A stretch of DNA of 64,000 nt, from NCBI GenBank assembly GCA_964057225.1, contig OZ059894.1:2666001-2730000 (forward strand), in the 5' to 3' direction. This document shows positions 55,101 through 64,000 of this stretch, piece by piece (the stretch's first letter is position 1; each line of letters opens with the position of its first letter). The DNA is from Auanema rhodensis (taxonomy: Eukaryota; Animalia; Nematoda). The notes beneath the pieces are model-generated. The model worked only from the letters and a program-made list of their open reading frames with translations. It was not told where the DNA came from and searched no databases. Made by a program: the position numbers and the translations under genes.

Positions 55101-58100
55101 ATTCAACGAAAAAATTAATTCTTCAGGGTGAAAATCGAGGATATAAGTGTGAACTTATATCAGTTGATATCTCGGTGCATTTTTAAGCTAGCGCAAATCT
55201 GATAACACAGATCGACGCAGCTTAAAAATCCGGATCGAATGCACTATACTACATTGAGAAACGCTTAATACAAAAATTAGTTATGATCGTTTGAAAAATG
55301 ATGCATTAGTGTATGTTGAGTTTCCATGTACACTCAACATTGCTTCCAAAAACATTTTGACAAAAATTTTTTCGAAAAATTTCAAAATAATTTAGCAAAA
55401 AGTAGATGTTTTTAGTTTTCTTTTTTCAAGGCAAAGACGATGGACGATGTTATTCAACGAAAAAATTAATTCTTCAGGGTGAAAATCGAGGATATAAGTG
55501 TGAACTTATATCAGTTGATATCTCGGTGCATTTTTAAGCTAGCGCAAATCTGATAACACAGATCAATGCAGCTTAAAAATCCGCATCGAATGCACTATAC
55601 TACATTGAGAAACGCTTAATACAAAAATTAGTTATGATCGTTTGAAAAATGATGCATTAGTGTATGTTGAGTTTCCATGTACACTCAACATTGCTTCCAA
55701 AAACATTTTGACAAAAATTTTTTCGAAAAATTTCAGAATAATTTAGCAAAAAGTAGATGTTTTTAGATTCCTTTTTTCAAGGCAAAGACGATGGACATTG
55801 TTATTCAACGAAAAAATTAATTCTTCAGGGTGAAAATCGAGGATATAAGTGTGAACATATATCAGTTGATATCTCGGTGCATTTTTAAGCTAGCGCAAAT
55901 CTGATAACACAGACCGACGCAGCTTAAAAATCCGCATCGAATGCACTATTCTACATTGAGAAACGCTCAATACAAAAATTAGTTATGATCGTTTGAAAAA
56001 TGATGCATTAGTGTATGTTGAGTTTCCATGTACACTCAACATTGCTTCCAAAAACATTTTGACAAAAATTTTTTCGAAAAATTTCAGAATAATTTAGCAA
56101 AAAGTAGATGTTTTTAGATTCCTTTTTTCAAGGCAAAGACGATGGACATTGTTATTCAACGAAAAAATTAATTCTTCAGGGTGAAAATCGAGGATATAAG
56201 TGTGAACATATATCAGTTGATATCTCGGTGCATTTTTAAGCTAGCGCAAATCTGATAACACAGACCGACGCAGCTTAAAAATCCGCATCGAATGCACTAT
56301 TCTACATTGAGAAACGCTCAATACAAAAATTAGTTATGATCGTTTGAAAAATGATGCATTAGTGTATGTTGAGTTTCCATGTACAATCAACATTGCTTCC
56401 AAAAACATTTTGACAAAAATTTTTTCGAAAAATTTCAAAATAATTTAGCAAAAAGTAGATGTTTTTAGATTCCTTTTTTCAAGGCGAAGACGATGGACAT
56501 TGTTATTCAACGAAAAAATCAATTCTTCAGGGTGAAAATCGAGGATATAAGTGTGAACTTATATCAGTTGATATCTCGGTGCATTTTTAAGCTAGCGCAA
56601 ATCTGATAACACAGATCGACGCAGCTTAAAAATCCGCATCGAATGCACTATACTACATTGAGAAACGCTCAATACAAAAATTAGTTATGATCGTTTGAAA
56701 AATGATGCATTAGTGTATGTTGAGTTTCCATGTACACTCAACATTGCTTCCAAAAACATTTTGACAAAAATTTTTTCGAAAAATTTCAAAATAATTTAGC
56801 AAAAAGTAGATGTTTTCAGATTTTTTTTTCAAGGCAAAGACGATGGACAATGTTATTCAACGAAAAAATCAATTCTTCAGGGTGAAAATCGAGGATCTAA
56901 GTGTGAACTTATATCAGTTGATATCTCGGTGCATTTTTAAGCTAGCGCAAATCTGATAACACAGATCGACGCAGCTTAAAAATCCGCATCGAATGCACTA
57001 TACTACATTGAGAAACGCTTAATACAAAAATTAGTTATGATCGTTTGAAAAATGATGCATTAGTGTATGTTGAGTTTCCATGTACACTCAACATTGCTTC
57101 CAAAAACATTTTGACAAAAATTTTTTCGAAAAATTTCAAAATAATTTAGCAAAAAGTAGATGTTTTTAGATTCCTTTTTTCAAGGCAAAGACGATGGACA
57201 TTGTTATTCAACGAAAAAATCAATTCTTCAGGGTGAAAATCGAGGATCTAAGTGTGAACTTATATCAGTTGATATCTCGGTGCATTTTTAAGCTAGCGCA
57301 AATCTGATAACACAGATCGACGCAGCTTAAAAATCCGCATCGAATGCACTATACTACATTGAGAAACGCTTAATACAAAAATTAGTTATGATCGTTTGAA
57401 AAATGATGCATTAGTGTATGTTGAGTTTCCATGTACACTCAACATTGCTTCCAAAAACATTTTGACAAAAATTTTTTCGAAAAATTTCAAAATAATTTAG
57501 CAAAAAGTAGATGTTTTTAGATTCCTTTTTTCAAGGCAAAGACGATGGACATTGTTATTCAACGAAAAAATCAATTCTTCAGGGTGAAAATCGAGGATCT
57601 AAGTGTGAACTTATATCAGTTGATATCTCGGTGCATTTTTAAGCTAGCGCAAATCTGATAACACAGATCGACGCAGCTTAAAAATCCGCATCGAATGCAC
57701 TATACTACATTGGGAAACGCTTAATACAAAAATTAGTTATGATCGTTTGAAAAATGATGCATTAGTGTATGTTGAGTTTCCATGTACACTCAACATTGCT
57801 TCCAAAAACATTTTGACAAAAATTTTTTCGAAAAATTTCAAAATAATTTAGCAAAAAGTAGATGTTTTTAGATTCCTTTTTTCAAGGCAAAGACGATGGA
57901 CATTGTTATTCAACGAAAAAATCAATTCTTCAGGGTGAAAATCGAGGATCTAAGTGTGAACTTATATCAGTTGATATCTCGGTGCATTTTTAAGCTAGCG
58001 CAAATCTGATAACACAGATCGACGCAGCTTAAAAATCCGCATCGAATGCACTATACTACATTGAGAAACGCTAAATACAAAAATTAGTTATGATCGTTTG

Positions 58101-61100
58101 AAAAATGATGCATTAGTGTATGTTGAGTTTCCATGTACACTCAACATTGCTTCCAAAAACATTTTGACAAAAATTTTTTCGAAAAATTTCAAAATAATTT
58201 AGCAAAAAGTAGATGTTTTTAGATTACTTTTTTCAAGGCAAAGACGATGGACATTGTTATTCAACGAAAAAATTAATTCTTCAGGGTGAAAATCGAGGAT
58301 ATAAGTGTGAACTTATATCAGTTGATATCTCGGTGCATTTTTAAGCTAGCGCAAATCTGATAATACAGATCGACGCAGCTTAAAAATCCGCATCGAATGC
58401 ACTATACTACATTGAAAAACGCTTAATACAAAAATTAGTTATGATCGTTTGAAAAATGATGCATTAGTGTATGTTGAGTTTCCATGTACACTCAACATTG
58501 CTTCCAAAAACATTTTGACAAAAATTTTTTCGAAAAATTTCAGAATAATTTAGCAAAAAGTAGATGTTTTTAGATTCCTTCTTTCAAGGCAAAGACGATG
58601 GACATTGTTATTCAACGAAAAAATTGATTCTTCAGGGTGAAAATCGAAGATATAAGTGTGAACTTATATCAATTGATATCTCGGTGCATTTTTAAGCTAG
58701 CGCAAATCTGATAACACAGATCGATGCAGCTTAAAAATCCGCATCGAATGCACTATATTACATTGAGAAACGCTTAATACAAAAATTAGTTATGATCGTT
58801 TGAAAAATGATGCATTAGTGTATGTTGAGTTTCCATGTACACTCAACATTGCTTCCAAAAACATTTTGACAAAAATTTTTTCGAAAAATTTCAAAATAAT
58901 TTAGCAAAAAGTAGATGTTTTTAGATTCCTTTTTTCAAGGCAAAGACGATGAACATTGTTATTCAACGAAAAAATTAATTCTTCAGGGTGAAAATCGAGG
59001 ATATAAGTGTGAACTTATATCAGTTGATATCTCGGTGCATTTTTAAGCTAGTGCAAATCTGATAAAACAGATCGACGCAGCTTAAAAATCCGCATCGAAT
59101 GCACTATACTACATTGAAAAACGCTTAATACAAAAATTAGTTATGATCGTTTGAAAAATGATGCATTAGTGTATGTTGAGTTTCCATGTACACTCAACAT
59201 TGCTTCCAAAAACATTTTGACAAAAATTTTTTCGAAAAATTTCAAAATAATTTAGCAAAAAGTAGATGTTTTTAGATTTCTTTTTTCAAGGCAAAGACGA
59301 TGGACATTGTTATTCAACGAAAAAATTAATTCTTCAGGGTGAAAATCGAGGATATAAGTGTGAACTTATATCAGTTGATATCTCGGTGCATTTTTAAGCT
59401 AGCGCAAATCTGATAACACAGATCGATGCAGCTTAAAAATCCGCATCGAATGCACTATATTACATTGAGAAACGCTTAATACAAAAATTAGTTATGATCG
59501 TTTGAAAAATGATGCATTAGTGTATGTTGAGTTTCCATGTACACTCAACATTGCTTCCAAAAACATTTTGACAAAAATTTTTTCGAAAAATTTCAAAATA
59601 ATTTAGCAAAAAGTAGATGTTTTTAGATTCCTTTTTTCAAGGCAAAGACGATGGACATTGTTATTCAACGAAAAAATTAATTCTTCAGGGTGAAAATCGA
59701 GGATATAAGTGTGAACTTATATCAATTGATATCTCGGTGCATTTTTAAGCTAGCGCAAATCTGATAACACAGATCGATGCAGCTTAAAAATCCGCATCGA
59801 ATGCACTATATTACATTGAGAAACGCTTAATACAAAAATTAGTTATGATCGTTTGAAAAATGATGCATTAGTGTATGTTGAGTTTCCATGTACACTCAAC
59901 ATTGCTTCCAAAAACATTTTGACAAAAATTTTTTCGAAAAATTTCAAAATAATTTAGCAAAAAGTAGATGTTTTTAGATTCCTTTTTTCAAGGCAAAGAC
60001 GATGGACATTGTTATTCAACGAAAAAATTAATTCTTCAGGGTGAAAATCGAGGATATAAGTGTGAACTTATATCAGTTGATATCTCGGTGCATTTTTAAG
60101 CTAGTGCAAATCTGATAAAACAGATCGACGCAGCTTAAAAATCCGCATCGAATGCACTATACTACATTGAAAAACGCTTAATACAAAAATTAGTTATGAT
60201 CGTTTGAAAAATGATGCATTAGTGTATGTTGAGTTTCCATGTACACTCAACATTGCTTCCAAAAACATTTTGACAAAAATTTTTTCGAAAAATTTCAAAA
60301 TAATTTAGCAAAAAGTAGATGTTTTTAGATTCCTTTTTTCAAGGCAAAGACGATGGACATTGTTATTCAACGAAAAAATTAATTCTTCAGGGTGAAAATC
60401 GAGGATATAAGTGTGAACTTATATCAGTTGATATCTCGGTGCATTTTTAAGCTAGTGCAAATCTGATAAAACAGATCGACGCAGCTTAAAAATCCGCATC
60501 GAATGCACTATACTACATTGAAAAACGCTTAATACAAAAATTAGTTATGATCGTTTGAAAAATGATGCATTAGTGTATGTTGAGTTTCCATGTACACTCA
60601 ACATTGCTTCCAAAAACATTTTGACAAAAATTTTTTCGAAAAATTTCAAAATAATTTAGCAAAAAGTAGATGTTTTTAGATTTCTTTTTTCAAGGCAAAG
60701 ACGATGGACATTGTTATTCAACGAAAAAATTAATTCTTCAGGGTGAAAATCGAGGATATAAGTGTGAACTTATATCAGTTGATATCTCGGTGCATTTTTA
60801 AGCTAGCGCAAATCTGATAACACAGATCGATGCAGCTTAAAAATCCGCATCGAATGCACTATATTACATTGAGAAACGCTTAATACAAAAATTAGTTATG
60901 ATCGTTTGAAAAATGATGCATTAGTGTATGTTGAGTTTCCATGTACACTCAACATTGCTTCCAAAAACATTTTGACAAAAATTTTTTCGAAAAATTTCAA
61001 AATAATTTAGCAAAAAGTAGATGTTTTTAGATTCCTTTTTCCAAGGCAAAGACGATGGACATTGTTATTCAACGAAAAAATTAATTCTTCAGGGTGAAAA

Positions 61101-64000
61101 TCGAGGATATAAGTGTGAACTTATATCAGTTGATATCTCGGTGCATTTTTAAGCTAGTGCAAATCTGATAAAACAGATCGACGCAGCTTAAAAATCCGCA
61201 TCGAATGCACTATACTACATTGAAAAACGCTTAATACAAAAATTAGTTATGATCGTTTGAAAAATGATGCATTAGTGTATGTTGAGTTTCCATGTACACT
61301 CAACATTGCTTCCAAAAACATTTTGACAAAAATTTTTTCGAAAAATTTCAAAATAATTTAGCAAAAAGTAGATGTTTTTAGATTTCTTTTTTCAAGGCAA
61401 AGACGATGGACATTGTTATTCAACGAAAAAATTAATTCTTCAGGGTGAAAATCGAGGATATAAGTGTGAACTTATATCAGTTGATATCTCGGTGCATTTT
61501 TAAGCTAGCGCAAATCTGATAACACAGATCGATGCAGCTTAAAAATCCGCATCGAATGCACTATATTACATTGAGAAACGCTTAATACAAAAATTAGTTA
61601 TGATCGTTTGAAAAATGATGCATTAGTGTATGTTGAGTTTCCATGTACACTCAACATTGCTTCCAAAAACATTTTGACAAAAATTTTTTCGAAAAATTTC
61701 AAAATAATTTAGCAAAAAGTAGATGTTTTTAGATTCCTTTTTTCAAGGCAAAGACGATGGACATTGTTATTCAACGAAAAAATTAATTCTTCAGGGTGAA
61801 AATCGAGGATATAAGTGTGAACTTATATCAGTTGATATCTCGGTGCATTTTTAAGCTAGTGCAAATCTGATAAAACAGATCGACGCAGCTTAAAAATCCG
61901 CATCGAATGCACTATACTACATTGAAAAACGCTTAATACAAAAATTAGTTATGATCGTTTGAAAAATGATGCATTAGTGTATGTTGAGTTTCCATGTACA
62001 CTCAACATTGCTTCCAAAAACATTTTGACAAAAATTTTTTCGAAAAATTTCAAAATAATTTAGCAAAAAGTAGATGTTTTTAGATTTCTTTTTTCAAGGC
62101 AAAGACGATGGACATTGTTATTCAACGAAAAAATTAATTCTTCAGGGTGAAAATCGAGGATATAAGTGTGAACTTATATCAGTTGATATCTCGGTGCATT
62201 TTTAAGCTAGCGCAAATCTGATAACACAGATCGATGCAGCTTAAAAATCCGCATCGAATGCACTATATTACATTGAGAAACGCTTAATACAAAAATTAGT
62301 TATGATCGTTTGAAAAATGATGCATTAGTGTATGTTGAGTTTCCATGTACACTCAACATTGCTTCCAAAAACATTTTGACAAAAATTTTTTCGAAAAATT
62401 TCAAAATAATTTAGCAAAAAGTAGATGTTTTTAGATTCCTTTTTTCAAGGCAAAGACGATGGACATTGTTATTCAACGAAAAAATTAATTCTTCAGGGTG
62501 AAAATCGAGGATATAAGTGTGAACTTATATCAGTTGATATCTCGGTGCATTTTTAAGCTAGCGCAAATCTGATAAAACAGATCGACGCAGCTTAAAAATC
62601 CGCATCGAATGCACTATACTACATTGAAAAACGCTTAATACAAAAATTAGTTATGATCGTTTGAAAAATGATGCATTAGTGTATGTTGAGTTTCCATGTA
62701 CACTCAACATTGCTTCCAAAAACATTTTGACAAAAATTTTTTCGAAAAATTTCAAAATAATTTAGCAAAAAGTAGATGTTTTTAGATTCCTTTTTTCAAG
62801 GCAAAGACGATGGACATTGTTATTCAACGAAAAAATTAATTCTTCAGGGTGAAAATCGAGGATATAAGTGTGAACTTATATCAGTTGATATCTCGGTGCA
62901 TTTTTAAGCTAGCGCAAATCTGATAAAACAGATCGACGCAGCTTAAAAATCCGCATCGAATGCACTATACTACATTGAAAAACGCTTAATACAAAAATTA
63001 GTTATGATCGTTTGAAAAATGATGCATTAGTGTATGTTGAGTTTCCATGTACACTCAACATTGCTTCCAAAAACATTTTGACAAAAATTTTTTCGAAAAA
63101 TTTCAGAATAATTTAGCAAAAAGTAGATGTTTTTAGATTCCTTTTTTCAAGGCAAAGACGATGGACATTGTTATTCAACGAAAAAATTAATTCTTCAGGG
63201 TGAAAATCGAGGATATAAGTGTGAACTTATATCAATTGATATCTCGGTGCATTTTTAAGCTAGCGCAAATCTGATAACACAGATCGATGCAGCTTAAAAA
63301 TCCGCATCGAATGCACTATATTACATTGAGAAACGCTTAATACAAAAATTAGTTATGATCGTTTGAAAAATGATGCATTAGTGTATGTTGAGTTTCCATG
63401 TACACTCAACATTGCTTCCAAAAACATTTTGACAAAAATTTTTTCGAAAAATTTCAAAATAATTTAGCAAAAAGTAGATGTTTTTAGATTTCTTTTTTCA
63501 AGGCAAAGACGATGGACATTGTTATTCAACGAAAAAATTAATTCTTCAGGGTGAAAATCGAGGATATAAGTGTGAACTTATATCAGTTGATATCTCGGTG
63601 CATTTTTAAGCTAGCGCAAATCTGATAACACAGATCGATGCAGCTTAAAAATCCGCATCGAATGCACTATATTACATTGAGAAACGCTTAATACAAAAAT
63701 TAGTTATGATCGTTTGAAAAATGATGCATTAGTGTATGTTGAGTTTCCATGTACACTCAACATTGCTTCCAAAAACATTTTGACAAAAATTTTTTCGAAA
63801 AATTTCAAAATAATTTAGCAAAAAGTAGATGTTTTTAGATTCCTTTTTTCAAGGCAAAGACGATGGACATTGTTATTCAACGAAAAAATTAATTCTTCAG
63901 GGTGAAAATCGAGGATATAAGTGTGAACTTATATCAGTTGATATCTCGGTGCATTTTTAAGCTAGCGCAAATCTGATAACACAGATCGACGCAGCTTAAA
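49132..64000 (+). repeat. Second copy (B' then C') of the large duplicated block that starts near 35801
   Basis: Rare SNPs recur at an exact 15435-bp offset: 40951/56386 (ACAATCAAC), 42791/58226 (ATTACTTT) and 45606/61041 (TTTCCAAGG). Monomer-type order is conserved. Confidence 0.9.

Larger units (their letters stand above)
1..64000. repeat. Tandem satellite DNA array, 351-bp monomer, ~182.4 copies, single orientation, continuing past both window ends
   Basis: GACATTGTTA recurs at 1, 352, 3511, 7021, 14041, 21061 and 28081, all exact multiples of 351. The last monomer starts at 63866 = 1+182x351-17, matching 17 single-base deletions that I located individually. No non-monomer sequence seen. 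Confidence 0.99.

Noticed and set aside
1-64000. CRISPR array or prokaryotic repeat-spacer system
   Set aside because: There are no unique spacers and no cas genes; the entire unit is repeated.

Overview
The whole 64-kb window is one uninterrupted head-to-tail satellite DNA array. It holds 182 complete monomers plus a partial 183rd of a 351-bp unit, about 32% GC by hand count, with copies differing by only a few substitutions. With phase set arbitrarily at GACATTGTTA, monomers start at 1, 352, 703 and so on; the last starts at 63866. I saw no genes, RNA genes, transposon insertions, inversions or CRISPR spacers, and all six frames hit stops within a monomer. This looks like eukaryotic heterochromatic or (peri)centromeric satellite DNA, but I cannot name the family or species. 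Two levels are of interest. (1) Inside the monomer: a chain of hairpins, a degenerate ~120-bp dyad centred near position 134, an apparently invariant ~40-bp core, clustered A/T tracts and CpG excess. (2) Across the array: SNP and indel haplotypes reveal subfamily domains and nested higher-order duplications, from 2-6 monomers up to a ~13-16 kb duplication (about 35.8-49.1 kb vs 49.1 kb to the end). I found no evidence of a protein-coding system. All variant calls were read by eye and need computational confirmation. Monomer positions use the phase above.
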